Shown: in pieces, positions 18,404 to 28,105 of the stretch
How the letters are laid out: every line of letters starts with the position of its first letter
Numbering within the stretch: the stretch's first letter is position 1
Assembly: GCA_963979435.1 (NCBI GenBank)
Contig: CAXBVE010000004.1
Coordinates: 1 to 63,312 of the forward strand
From: an uncultured Candidatus Actinomarinales bacterium
Lineage (GTDB): Bacteria > Actinomycetota > Acidimicrobiia > Actinomarinales > Actinomarinaceae
Reading direction: 5' to 3'
Length of the DNA: 63,312 bases
Made by a program: the position numbers and the translations under genes
The notes under the pieces: model-generated
What the model saw: only the letters and a program-made list of their open reading frames with translations
What the model was told of the DNA's origin: nothing
Database searches by the model: none

Positions 18404-19134
18404 ACATTCCTTTCGATCTTTCAATTTTTGAACTAATTTTTATAGCACTTCTATTATTTATTTCTGCGTCTGTCCAAGGGGTCCTAGGATTTGGTTTCGC
18501 AGTCATTGCATCACCAATTATTGTTCAAATAGAACCTGCCTTAGTTCCTCAGCTGCTTTCTCTTTTGGGCCTTCCTTTAGCTTTAAGGGTCTTTATTAGA
18601 GAAAAATCTAAAGTTAACTGGAAACCTATGAAGTTTCTTATTGGTGGAAGAGTTATAGGTGGCCCAATTGGTTTGGTATTCTTAACAACCTTAGACCCTC
18701 ACTTATTATCGATTTCTGTGGGGGTAATAGTATTAAGTGCTGGACTCGGTTCATATTTTGGTTGGAATGTAAAAAGAAACTCTATCAACTCATTGCTTGC
18801 AGGTACTTTTTCAGGGATATTTGGGATGATTGCTGCAATTGGAGGCCCACCTGTCGCTATTTTATACAGAGGAACCAAGGGAAGTGAATTTAGACCATCT
18901 CTAAATGCTGTATTTACCTTAGGTATACTAATCACCCTTTCTCTGTTGGCTTTTACTGGAAATTTGCTACAAGACCACCTAGTTTTATTTCTCTACCTTG
19001 TTTTACCAGTTTTACTTGGGATAAGGTTTTCAAGCCTACTATTTTCCAGAGTATCGGATAAACTTATCGCCGATATGGTAACTTATTTTTCTATATTTTC
19101 AGGAGCAGTCGTGATCTATAGGGCATTATTTTAA
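18400..19134 (+). CDS. Sulfite exporter TauE/SafE family protein
   Basis: VQGVLGFGFAVIASP, GTFSGIFG, IGGPP; TTG start overlaps the selenoprotein stop (TTGA). Confidence 0.85.
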   Translation: MNIPFDLSIFELIFIALLLFISASVQGVLGFGFAVIASPIIVQIEPALVPQLLSLLGLPLALRVFIREKSKVNWKPMKFLIGGRVIGGPIGLVFLTTLDPHLLSISVGVIVLSAGLGSYFGWNVKRNSINSLLAGTFSGIFGMIAAIGGPPVAILYRGTKGSEFRPSLNAVFTLGILITLSLLAFTGNLLQDHLVLFLYLVLPVLLGIRFSSLLFSRVSDKLIADMVTYFSIFSGAVVIYRALF

Positions 19135-19171
19135 TTTATTTCATCGATACTAATTACTAAGATATGAACAT

Positions 19172-20683
19172 ATGTTAATCAAAGCACTATTCGCAGGGAT
19201 TCTATATTTTTTAAGCTTTCCTCCATTTGATTACTGGTATCTAATATTTCCTGCAATTTATTATTTCTACAGTTCGATAATTCAAGTTGAGAAAGTATTC
19301 ATGAAAGGGTTTATTTTTGGAAGTATTGCTTATGGGGTAATTTTATTTGGAATTCAATCAATTGGGTATGAGGCATGGATTCCTTTAACGATCCTTATGG
19401 GCTTATTGTACGGGTTATTCAGCAAGCTTTTTTCTTTTGTAGGCACAAGAACTGATAATAATTTATTCGCATTAATTGGAGTGATAAGTGGTTTTGGTTT
19501 ATTAAGATCTTACTTTCCTTTTGGAGGTTTTCCATGGGGGTACTCCTCAACAGTTTTATTAACTGGATATCAAGATAACATTTTCTTTTACTTGGTTCCA
19601 CAAATTTTTAAAACATTTGGACCTATTGGGTACTCTCTACTTATAGAGAGTCTGATATTGTTTTTATATCTTTTCATTAGTAATAGAAATAAGTCAGGTA
19701 ATGAATTAAAGAGCCTTGCTGTATTACTCACTTTCATAATTATTCCACTTGTTTTTTCAATAACTTCAACTGCTGATTCTGTAGTTGAAGAAATTCAAGT
19801 CTCAATTATTCAGGGCAATTCACCATGTCCTGGGGCAAAAAATAAATGCGAAAACGAAAGACAACGAATTTATGATAACCATCTTCTACTTACCAAGTCT
19901 CTAGACAGCGAACAGGGATTCAAAGATACTGGAACAGCAAGACTCATTCTTTGGGCAGAGAGCTCGAGTGGGTTTGGGAATGACCCAAAGAAAAATACTG
20001 AAACCTTAAAAGAGATTACTACAGAAGCACAAAGACTTGATGCTGCATTTTTGATTGGTGGAGACAGGCCTTCAAGTCCGGGAGAGTTTGAGAATTATGG
20101 AATCTTTATTGACGAAACAGGAGAAATCTCTGGAGAATATCTTAAGCAGCATCCAGTACCATTTGGAGAATATATACCTTTTCGAAAATACTTAGATTGG
20201 ATACCACCACTTTCTCTGGTCCCAAGGGATATGGTAAGAGGAACACAACAACAAGTATTTATGACAAACAAAAATGAAATTAAAATTTCTCCAGTTATTT
20301 CTTTTGAGGGTTCTTTTGATAGATATATAAGAAAAAGTGTTGTTCAGGGTGCAGAGGTTGTTGTAATTTTGACAAATCAAGCAAGTTATGGAGAGAGCGG
20401 TATGTCAGATCAATTCATATTGATGTCTAGAGCTAATGCTATATCGAATAATAGAGATATTGCTCATGCTGCAATAACAGGAAAATCAGCTTTCATAAGT
20501 GGTATTGATGGAGACATATACAGCTCATCAGGTCTCTTCACGGACGCAGTACTAATTGATGAGATTAAAACTTCAAACAAACTGACACTTTATACAAGAT
20601 GGGGAAACTATTTAAATTACCTAGTAATTCTTTTTGGAGTTATCAATCTTTTTTGGCCAAAGAATATTTTGAGGAAAATTTAG
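19172..20683 (+). CDS. lnt: Apolipoprotein N-acyltransferase
   Basis: LSFPP, PFGGFPW, IQGN, WAES, KQHPVPFGEYIP, TN. The nucleophile position reads ISFE rather than ICYE. Confidence 0.88.
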   Translation: MLIKALFAGILYFLSFPPFDYWYLIFPAIYYFYSSIIQVEKVFMKGFIFGSIAYGVILFGIQSIGYEAWIPLTILMGLLYGLFSKLFSFVGTRTDNNLFALIGVISGFGLLRSYFPFGGFPWGYSSTVLLTGYQDNIFFYLVPQIFKTFGPIGYSLLIESLILFLYLFISNRNKSGNELKSLAVLLTFIIIPLVFSITSTADSVVEEIQVSIIQGNSPCPGAKNKCENERQRIYDNHLLLTKSLDSEQGFKDTGTARLILWAESSSGFGNDPKKNTETLKEITTEAQRLDAAFLIGGDRPSSPGEFENYGIFIDETGEISGEYLKQHPVPFGEYIPFRKYLDWIPPLSLVPRDMVRGTQQQVFMTNKNEIKISPVISFEGSFDRYIRKSVVQGAEVVVILTNQASYGESGMSDQFILMSRANAISNNRDIAHAAITGKSAFISGIDGDIYSSSGLFTDAVLIDEIKTSNKLTLYTRWGNYLNYLVILFGVINLFWPKNILRKI

Positions 20684-20726
20684 AAAAGCTTACCTATAAA
20701 ATTTATGAAAGTTTCTGGGATACAAT

Positions 20727-21938
20727 TTATATTTCTAAATCAATTATTGGTAATCCTCTTGCAGCAGCAGCCTCCACTGTGCCGTCTTGAAAAGCTCTAA
20801 GTCCAAACTTTGGCAGTACGGCAAATATATGATCAAATATATCAGATTGTATACCTTCGTATTCAACCCAATCAATTGTATTTGTAAAAGTATATAACTC
20901 CAAAGGAACTCCTGTGGAAGTTGGCGAAAGTTGTCTTACCAGCAAAGTCATGGTTTCTGTATTGAGACCATCATGATTTTGTAAATACTTAACAAGATAT
21001 GCCCTAAAAGTTCCAAGGTTAGTGAGTTTTCTTTTTTCTTTTTCTTCATTCACTGAAGAGTTGAATTCTTCAATATCTTTTATTTTTTCAGAGAGATATT
21101 TATTTACAGTCGGGATTTTCATTAGCTTATCAATATCTTTTTGCTCCATAAACCTAACGCTTGATATATCTATAGAGATAGATCTTTTAATTCTTCTTCC
21201 TCCATACTCTGACATTCCTCGCCAGTTTTTTACAGACGTGGTTACGATTTTTGATGTAGGGATTGTTGTGATTGTTTTATCCCAGTTTTGCACTTTAACT
21301 GTATGTAAGGCAATATCTATTACATCGCCATCAGCGCCATACTCCGGTACCTCAATCCAGTCTCCATTGTTAATAATGTTGTTCTGACCAATTTGTACGG
21401 ATGCTATAAAAGATAAGATTGTGTCCTGGAAAACCAACAAGAGAACCGCTGTAAGGGCACCTAAACCACTTATATAATAACTAACTGGTTGGCCGGTCAT
21501 TATTGCAAAAATAATTATGAATATGAATGAGTTAACAACAATTTTAACAATCTGAACGTAGCCCTTTATTGGCCTATTTTTTAATGACTCAATATTTTCG
21601 GAAACTTTATTTAACACGTTTAACATTTCAAGAAGTGTAAGGCCAACAAATAATGTTAAAAGTGCACTAGTGACTCTTTTAGAAATTTCAGTATTAAATA
21701 TTTCTAAATTGAATTGGGGTGTTGCAACTAAAAAATTAAATAAAACAAAAACGAATACATATGAAACTCTATTTAAAAATTTTTTATCTAGAAATAGGTC
21801 GTCTATATATGTAGTTGTTTTACTTGCACCACGTTTAATTATTGGAAAAACTACTGATCTCAATAACAGGTAGGATGTAACAAGAATTCCAATTAAATAT
21901 GCTAGTGAAGGCAAATCTGATGCTGTTAAATTATTCAT
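20727..21938 (-). CDS. Small-conductance mechanosensitive channel (YbdG-like)
   Basis: LLLVFQDTIL, GDWIE, ADGDVIDI, KVQNWDKTITTIP, GGRRIKRSI, TNLGTFRAY. Confidence 0.92.
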   Translation of the reverse strand: MNNLTASDLPSLAYLIGILVTSYLLLRSVVFPIIKRGASKTTTYIDDLFLDKKFLNRVSYVFVFVLFNFLVATPQFNLEIFNTEISKRVTSALLTLFVGLTLLEMLNVLNKVSENIESLKNRPIKGYVQIVKIVVNSFIFIIIFAIMTGQPVSYYISGLGALTAVLLLVFQDTILSFIASVQIGQNNIINNGDWIEVPEYGADGDVIDIALHTVKVQNWDKTITTIPTSKIVTTSVKNWRGMSEYGGRRIKRSISIDISSVRFMEQKDIDKLMKIPTVNKYLSEKIKDIEEFNSSVNEEKEKRKLTNLGTFRAYLVKYLQNHDGLNTETMTLLVRQLSPTSTGVPLELYTFTNTIDWVEYEGIQSDIFDHIFAVLPKFGLRAFQDGTVEAAAARGLPIIDLEI

Positions 21939-21952
21939 ACGTTAATCCTACT

Positions 21953-22693
21953 CTAAAAACCTTTTTGTTGACTTTTCCATGGGGCTGGTATGTCATTAAT
22001 ATATTCATCAACACTTGGACCACCCAGAGACTGAAGTTTATTTTGTCCAACAATATAAGTAATGACCAACAAAATTAATGTCGTCTGATTTGAGGATAAA
22101 AGTTTAATTGTTACAAGGATTTCAGGGGAGTTGAAAAAGATTATTTGGAGACCGCCTTTCAAGAATAAGTATAAAGTCCAAATAACTGCAACCCTTGTGT
22201 ATGCGGGACGAACAAGTTCATGAAGGTACCACTCCTGAGGCCAATTCCTAATTGCCTTAGAACTATAAATAGTAAATGGTTTCTTAATTATTATTGAAAT
22301 AAAACCTACAACAGCAATTGAAATATCCCTAATGATTCCCGGAATAAAAAAACCAGAAGCACTTCCTTGAACTCTTGCCAGGAGAAGTGCTACTAAAGTT
22401 CCAACTAATCCATAGAATACAAATTTTAAATTTTGCTTTCTTAGAAGACGATATAGAAACAAAAGTATTAACAAAATACCCGTATATAAAATTGCTTGGT
22501 TAAGAGTTGTAAAATTATTGGTTACTACAAAAAAGAGTGGGGCTACTACGGAATCGAAAACACCTTCTTGATTAAAATTTAATTCTTTTAACTCTTCTTT
22601 TATCTCTAAATATTTTGTATAAAATTTTCTCAATTTATTTGAACTTATTATTAAAAGACTTTTCATCGTTTGAGAGTGAAGTTTCTTTTTCAA
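21953..22693 (-). CDS. DUF3159-like membrane protein
   Basis: DSVVAP, GSASGFFIPGI, WPQEWY, VRPAY. True start probably at 22666 or 22633. Confidence 0.7.
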   Translation of the reverse strand: MKKKLHSQTMKSLLIISSNKLRKFYTKYLEIKEELKELNFNQEGVFDSVVAPLFFVVTNNFTTLNQAILYTGILLILLFLYRLLRKQNLKFVFYGLVGTLVALLLARVQGSASGFFIPGIIRDISIAVVGFISIIIKKPFTIYSSKAIRNWPQEWYLHELVRPAYTRVAVIWTLYLFLKGGLQIIFFNSPEILVTIKLLSSNQTTLILLVITYIVGQNKLQSLGGPSVDEYINDIPAPWKSQQKGF

Positions 22694-23909
22694 TAAAATC
22701 TGAAATTAAATTTGAATCAATATTGAATTTTTCTGAGAGCTTTATAACAATCTCTTCAGTTGAAAAATTTTCAAATGTTAAATCTTGAACAGATCTATAA
22801 GCTTCATCCCTATCAATATCATTTTTTACTAAAGCTGAAAGAATTTTCTGGCTACTTAATTTATCTGCTGCATCACCAAGATTCTTTTCAATAGCTTTGT
22901 AGTTTATATGAAGACCTTCAAAAATTGCTACTAAATCTTTTGTGATAAAACAAAGTAAATTAAAAGCATCCGGAAGGATAATCCTTTCAACGGAGGAATT
23001 AGAAATATCTCGTTCATGCCAAAGAACTATGTTTTCCATACTGCTTAAAGCGTAACCCCGTACAACCCTCGCCAATCCTGTAATTCTTTCACTTGTTATG
23101 GGATTCTTTTTATGTGGCATAGCAGATGAACCTTTCTGGCCCTCTTTAAAAGGTTCACTTAGTTCCGAAACTTCTGATCGCTGGTAACCCCTAATATTTG
23201 TTGCAACTCTTTCAAAACTACTTGCAAGAATTGCAAGACTTGTGATAATTTCTGCATATCTATCTCTTGATACAATCTGGCTAGCGAAGATTTCAGCTTC
23301 TAGTCCAAGTTTATTCAGAGTTATTTTCTCAATATTTTCATCAACTACCGTATGGTTGCCAACGGGTCCACTGAGTTTTCCTACAGAAATCGTTTTTACA
23401 CACCCCTCTAAGCGTTCTTTGTTTCTTTTTATTTCTTGGTGCCAGTTACCGAAAATGTTTCCTAAAAAGGTTGTCTCTGCAAAAACACCATGAGTTCTAC
23501 CAACTACAGGGGTGTTCATCTCCTGTTTCGCTTTAGCCTCAATCTGTAATAAAAGTTCATCTAGTAATTCGATAGTTATAGATAAAGATTGTTTAATTAA
23601 TAAGCTGTTTGCTGTATCAACTACATCTGAGCTTGTAAGACCATAATGAATCCAATTTGAATTGTCACCAACTTTGGATTGAAGTACATCGACAAATGAA
23701 GCTAAATCGTGATTAGTGATTTTCTCTCTCTCGTATACTTCATCTTTTAAAACTTCAATTTTTCCAATGACCTCAGACACCCCACTTGGTGATATATTAT
23801 TTTCTTCTAAGGTTTCGAGGTATTTCTGTTCTACAAGTTTCCATGTATCAAATTTATTTTGATCATTCCAAATTTTTTCAATTTCGAGGTATTGGTATCT
23901 TTCAATCAT
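22635..23909 (-). CDS. purB: Adenylosuccinate lyase
   Basis: MIERY, HYGLTSSDVVDTA, GRTHG, QKGSSAMPHKKNP, WHERDISNSSVER. Confidence 0.96.
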   Translation of the reverse strand: MIERYQYLEIEKIWNDQNKFDTWKLVEQKYLETLEENNISPSGVSEVIGKIEVLKDEVYEREKITNHDLASFVDVLQSKVGDNSNWIHYGLTSSDVVDTANSLLIKQSLSITIELLDELLLQIEAKAKQEMNTPVVGRTHGVFAETTFLGNIFGNWHQEIKRNKERLEGCVKTISVGKLSGPVGNHTVVDENIEKITLNKLGLEAEIFASQIVSRDRYAEIITSLAILASSFERVATNIRGYQRSEVSELSEPFKEGQKGSSAMPHKKNPITSERITGLARVVRGYALSSMENIVLWHERDISNSSVERIILPDAFNLLCFITKDLVAIFEGLHINYKAIEKNLGDAADKLSSQKILSALVKNDIDRDEAYRSVQDLTFENFSTEEIVIKLSEKFNIDSNLISDFIEKETSLSNDEKSFNNKFK

Positions 23910-25182
23910 CAGCGATAACTATATTCTGGTTCCTTTCAGGCCCGACAGATATAAAAGTTATTGGAATCTCAATAAAGTCCTCAATAGCAGTTATATATTT
24001 TTTAGCATTCTCTGGTAAGTCATCAAAGCTCCTTACAGAAGTTATATCTTCAGACCAGCCCGCGTATGTCTCATATACTGGTTCAGCATCATAAAAAACA
24101 TTTTGTTGATATGGATAATCTGTAATTACTTTATCTCCAGTCATATATCCAACACCTAGCTTTATTTCTTCAAGACCAGATAAAACATCTAGTTTTGTTA
24201 TGAATAGTTCGGTTAAAGAGTTAACTCTTACTGAGTATTTTAAGGAAATTAGATCAAGCCACCCACACCTTCTTCTTCTACCAGTAACTACCCCAAATTC
24301 TGCACCCTTTTCAATTAAATAATCTCCAATATCATTTTTTTGCTCTGTTATAAAAGGACCGCTCCCAACTCGAGAAATGTAAGCTTTAGTAACACCGACG
24401 ATCTTATTTAGATTCAGCGGACCAATACCAGATCCAATAGCTGCATTTGCAGAAGAGGTATTTGAACTCGTTACAAATGGATATGTTCCATGGTCAATAT
24501 CAAGTAAAGTACCCTGAGCGCCTTCAAATAATATATTCTTACCTTCTTTAATTGCATTCGAGATCATCAAGGAAGTATCTTTTACATGATTATTTATAAT
24601 TTCTTTATAAGTTTTAAATTCATTAATAATCTCATTGGGGTCAATAGGATCCCGTCCGTAGATTTTGGTTAGAAGTTGATTCTTTTCCTCAACGTTAGTT
24701 TTGACTTTTTCTGCAAAAACTTCATCGTCAATTAAATCCTGTATTCTGATTCCACTTCTTTGAATTTTATCTGCGTAACAAGGTCCGATACCTTTTTTTG
24801 TTGTTCCAATTTTGTTTTCGCCTAAACTTTCTTCAATTAATTCATCAAGTAATTTGTGATAAGGCATAATCACATGGGCATTTGGAGAAATTGCTAGTTT
24901 TTTAGTACTCACATTCTTGGAATTTAACATTTCAAGTTCTTTTTTTAAAAAGGCAAGATCTACAACACATCCAGATCCAATTACGGGAACACAATCAGGG
25001 TAGAGTACACCAGAAGGTGTTAGTGATAATGCAAGTTTTTCATCGCCAACAACAATAGTGTGTCCAGCATTGTTGCCACCTTGAAATCTAACAACATAAT
25101 CGGCTGAGGAAGCAAAAAAATCTGTGACTTTACCCTTACCCTCATCTCCCCATTGGGCTCCGAGAACTACAGTGGCAGCCAT
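23902..25182 (-). CDS. purA: Adenylosuccinate synthase
   Basis: QWGDEGKGK, GGNNAGHT, EGAQG, GTYPFVTSS, TGRRRRCGW. Confidence 0.97.
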   Translation of the reverse strand: MAATVVLGAQWGDEGKGKVTDFFASSADYVVRFQGGNNAGHTIVVGDEKLALSLTPSGVLYPDCVPVIGSGCVVDLAFLKKELEMLNSKNVSTKKLAISPNAHVIMPYHKLLDELIEESLGENKIGTTKKGIGPCYADKIQRSGIRIQDLIDDEVFAEKVKTNVEEKNQLLTKIYGRDPIDPNEIINEFKTYKEIINNHVKDTSLMISNAIKEGKNILFEGAQGTLLDIDHGTYPFVTSSNTSSANAAIGSGIGPLNLNKIVGVTKAYISRVGSGPFITEQKNDIGDYLIEKGAEFGVVTGRRRRCGWLDLISLKYSVRVNSLTELFITKLDVLSGLEEIKLGVGYMTGDKVITDYPYQQNVFYDAEPVYETYAGWSEDITSVRSFDDLPENAKKYITAIEDFIEIPITFISVGPERNQNIVIADD

Positions 25183-25274
25183 TTGAACTCCTTGTGTACA
25201 ACTACAAATTTTAATGGTTATTTTTATTTATCTTTACCGATTTCTTAGCGAATTAGAAAATAATTGCAACTTTT

Positions 25275-25291
25275 TATTCATTAAATGAATA
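25275..25291. promoter_or_regulatory. Inverted repeat TATTCATT-A-AATGAATA in the purA/aapJ divergent spacer; candidate operator
   Basis: Perfect 8-1-8 dyad; AT-rich context lowers its significance. Confidence 0.35.
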
Positions 25292-25381
25292 TTTGTAGTT
25301 ATTAAGAGAAATTTCTATTACTATATTTAAATTAGATTACTTTGCAATGAAGTAGTCTACTTTTAATTAAAAGGAGAAACA

Positions 25382-26446
25382 TTGAATAAAAAAACAATCG
25401 TATCTCTGCTTGTACTCGCATTAGTAGCTGTAGCTTGCGCTACGGATACTACAGAAGATGCGGCAGTAGAAGTAGTTGTTGAAAAAACAACTCTTGAAAC
25501 AGTTACCGACAGAGGATTCCTCAAGTGTGGTGTTTCAGGTTCTGCTGTAGCGTTCTCAGAGACTCAAGCCGACGGTTCTGTAACCGGTATTGATGCAGAC
25601 TACTGTTATGCAGTAGCAGCAGCAGTATTCGGAGATTACAGTAAAGTTGAGTTCACTGCTTTGACAGCTGCTGAAAGATTTACAGCATTGTCAGCCGGTG
25701 AAGTTGACCTCTTAATAAGGAACACAACATGGACACAATCTCGTGATACCGATCTAGGTAACGATTTTGGACCAACAACTTATTATGATGGACAACAGTT
25801 AATGGGTAGAAATTCCGATGGACTTTCAGGCTCATCATCTCTTGCTGATATCGACGGTTTAAGAGTTTGTACAAATGCTGGAACAACAACAGAGAAAAAC
25901 ATTACTGAAGGAGCAGGTCTTGTAGGAGCATCTATAGAGCTTGTAACAGTTGAAGCATTCCCAGAAGCTATGGAGAAATTCAAAGCTGGAGAATGTGATC
26001 TTGTAACTACAGATGGTTCCGGTCTTGTTGGTAACAGAGCTAAAGAGGATAAGATGAATGACTGGGCAATTTTCCCAGCTACACCAATCTCTAAAGAACC
26101 TCTTGGACCTGTTTATCGTTCAAACGATAGCCAATGGGCAGACATTGTTAACTGGACAGTATATGCTACATTCATCGCTGATGAATATGGTGTAACACGT
26201 GCAAACATCGATTCATTTGACTATGAGGCTAATCCAGAAATGGGACGTCTTACAGGAAAAAATGATGGTGAACTTCAAACAAGCATGGGCTTAAGTGCAG
26301 ATGCTTACTATAACGTTATCAAGCAAGTTGGTAACTACGACGAGATTTATTCAAAGAACTTAAATCCAGTCGGACTTTATAGAGAAGGTTCAGCTAACGC
26401 ACCTTGGACAGATGGCGGATTAATTTACGCACCACCTGCAAGGTAA
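25382..26446 (+). CDS. aapJ: General L-amino acid ABC transporter substrate-binding lipoprotein (AapJ/BztA-like)
   Basis: Lipobox AVAC, RFTAL, RNTTWT, YYDGQ, ISKEPLGP, VGNYDEIY, GGLIYAPP; AAGGAG Shine-Dalgarno. Confidence 0.9.
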   Translation: MNKKTIVSLLVLALVAVACATDTTEDAAVEVVVEKTTLETVTDRGFLKCGVSGSAVAFSETQADGSVTGIDADYCYAVAAAVFGDYSKVEFTALTAAERFTALSAGEVDLLIRNTTWTQSRDTDLGNDFGPTTYYDGQQLMGRNSDGLSGSSSLADIDGLRVCTNAGTTTEKNITEGAGLVGASIELVTVEAFPEAMEKFKAGECDLVTTDGSGLVGNRAKEDKMNDWAIFPATPISKEPLGPVYRSNDSQWADIVNWTVYATFIADEYGVTRANIDSFDYEANPEMGRLTGKNDGELQTSMGLSADAYYNVIKQVGNYDEIYSKNLNPVGLYREGSANAPWTDGGLIYAPPAR

Positions 26447-26461
26447 AAACTTAAATGTTTT

Positions 26462-26492
26462 AAAAAAGGGGTCTCAGGACCCCTTTTTTTTT
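26462..26492 (+). terminator. Intrinsic terminator after aapJ
   Basis: A6-GGGGTC-TCAG-GACCCC-T9. Confidence 0.85.
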
Positions 26493-26566
26493 ATTCTTTG
26501 AAAACTGCCTAGAAATGTAGTTACTCGGGTGCTATCCTTTTCTAATACTGATGACTGAAAAAAAAT

Positions 26567-28105
26567 ATGAAATTTAACAAAGCTTTTTGGAGAGATGTAC
26601 GATTCCTTAAATGGGCAGGACAGATTGCTTTCTTGCTCTTTATTTTTAACTTAATTAGCAATTTTGTATCTCAAGCAATTGAAAACCTAAATGCAACTAA
26701 CTTACCCTTTTCTTGGAGATTTCTTGGTACTACTCCCGGCGTTCTTATTTCCGAAGGCTTTGTAACATACCCTGAGTCTGGTTTACAGGCTCTACAGGTT
26801 GGAATGGCTAATATGTTACGTATTGCTATATCCGGTATTTTTGTAGCAACCATACTAGGAACAGTAATTGGTGTTGCACGACTTTCTAAAAACTGGGTCG
26901 TACAAAGATCGTCTTCAGGCCTTGTAGAAACAGTCAGAAATATACCTTTGTTAGTCCAGATATTTTTCTGGCAAGCAGTCATTTTATCTTTTCCAAGACC
27001 AGAAGAGTATGACCGTGGAGAAATGATATTTGATATTAGTGCAAAGGGTATAGCTTTTCCTTGGCTGGATGCTCAGGAAACTAGCTGGCTATTTGGTGTT
27101 TGGTTTATTTTATCCTTCATTGCAGCTAGGAGAATTTTTAAATGGAGAGTTTCCGTAATGGAGTCTGAAGGTAGAGAAGCTTATCCAGGCATAGCCTCAT
27201 TTATAACATTTATCGTATGGAACGTTGGAGGATGGTTTGGTGGTTATAAAGCCGTAGGAGTTATAGGATTTGTAGCATCACTGTTATCCGATGGTTTTGA
27301 ATTATTACCCAGAATTGGAATACAGTCACTAATAATATTTATCGGCTTTTATTATTCATATAAATATATTTCAAAAGAAATTAAGAGAACTAGAAGTGCA
27401 GAAAATAGGGGAATTCTTACAGATGATGACATTTTTAAAATCATCATGGCGGGCCTACTGGTTCTAATCCTTGCAATAGGTTTATTCCTACCTTTCGGTA
27501 TTACAATTTCAGATTTTCTTGTAGGAGATGAACCTTTCTTTAAAGCAGATTGGGGAATACCACAGTTTTTAGATGGTGTTCAAAATAGACTTAACTGGGA
27601 ACTTACTGGAGAACCATTTACGTTAAGCTATCCAGAAATAATACAAGCTGGACAATCAAAATTTAGTAGATATTCACCCGATGTAGGAAAAGTGATGAGC
27701 GTGGGCTATTTTGCAACCTGGATGGGTGTAATTATCTATACTTCAGTTTTTATTTCAGAAGTTGTAAGATCTGGAATCATGGCAGTTGCAAAAGGGCAAT
27801 CAGAAGCTGGATTATCATTAGGTTTAAAAAGAAGCACACTTCTAAGGTTAATAGTATTACCTCAGGCACTCAGGATTATGTTGCCGCCAATGGGAAATCA
27901 ATACCTCAACCTAGCTAAGAATACATCATTAGGAATCGCTGTAGCATTTCCTGAGATTGTTGCTGTAGGGCAAACGATATACAACCAAGAAGGTCAAACA
28001 GTGGCTGTTTTCTTAATATGGATGGCATTCTATTCAACCGTAAGTCTTGTCTTGTCCTCAATAATTAATTATTACAATAGAAAAATGAAGATGGTGGAAA
28101 GGTAA
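26567..28105 (+). CDS. aapQ: Amino acid ABC permease (AapQ/BztB-like, enlarged)
   Basis: GVARLSKNW, RNIPLLVQIFFW, EVVRSGI, GQSEA, NQYLNLAKNTSL. Confidence 0.85.
   Translation: MKFNKAFWRDVRFLKWAGQIAFLLFIFNLISNFVSQAIENLNATNLPFSWRFLGTTPGVLISEGFVTYPESGLQALQVGMANMLRIAISGIFVATILGTVIGVARLSKNWVVQRSSSGLVETVRNIPLLVQIFFWQAVILSFPRPEEYDRGEMIFDISAKGIAFPWLDAQETSWLFGVWFILSFIAARRIFKWRVSVMESEGREAYPGIASFITFIVWNVGGWFGGYKAVGVIGFVASLLSDGFELLPRIGIQSLIIFIGFYYSYKYISKEIKRTRSAENRGILTDDDIFKIIMAGLLVLILAIGLFLPFGITISDFLVGDEPFFKADWGIPQFLDGVQNRLNWELTGEPFTLSYPEIIQAGQSKFSRYSPDVGKVMSVGYFATWMGVIIYTSVFISEVVRSGIMAVAKGQSEAGLSLGLKRSTLLRLIVLPQALRIMLPPMGNQYLNLAKNTSLGIAVAFPEIVAVGQTIYNQEGQTVAVFLIWMAFYSTVSLVLSSIINYYNRKMKMVER

Noticed and set aside
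26551-26577. Upstream ATG plus A8 tract before aapQ as a phase-variation switch
   Set aside because: Removing one A would add only five residues, and the downstream ATG already gives a complete protein
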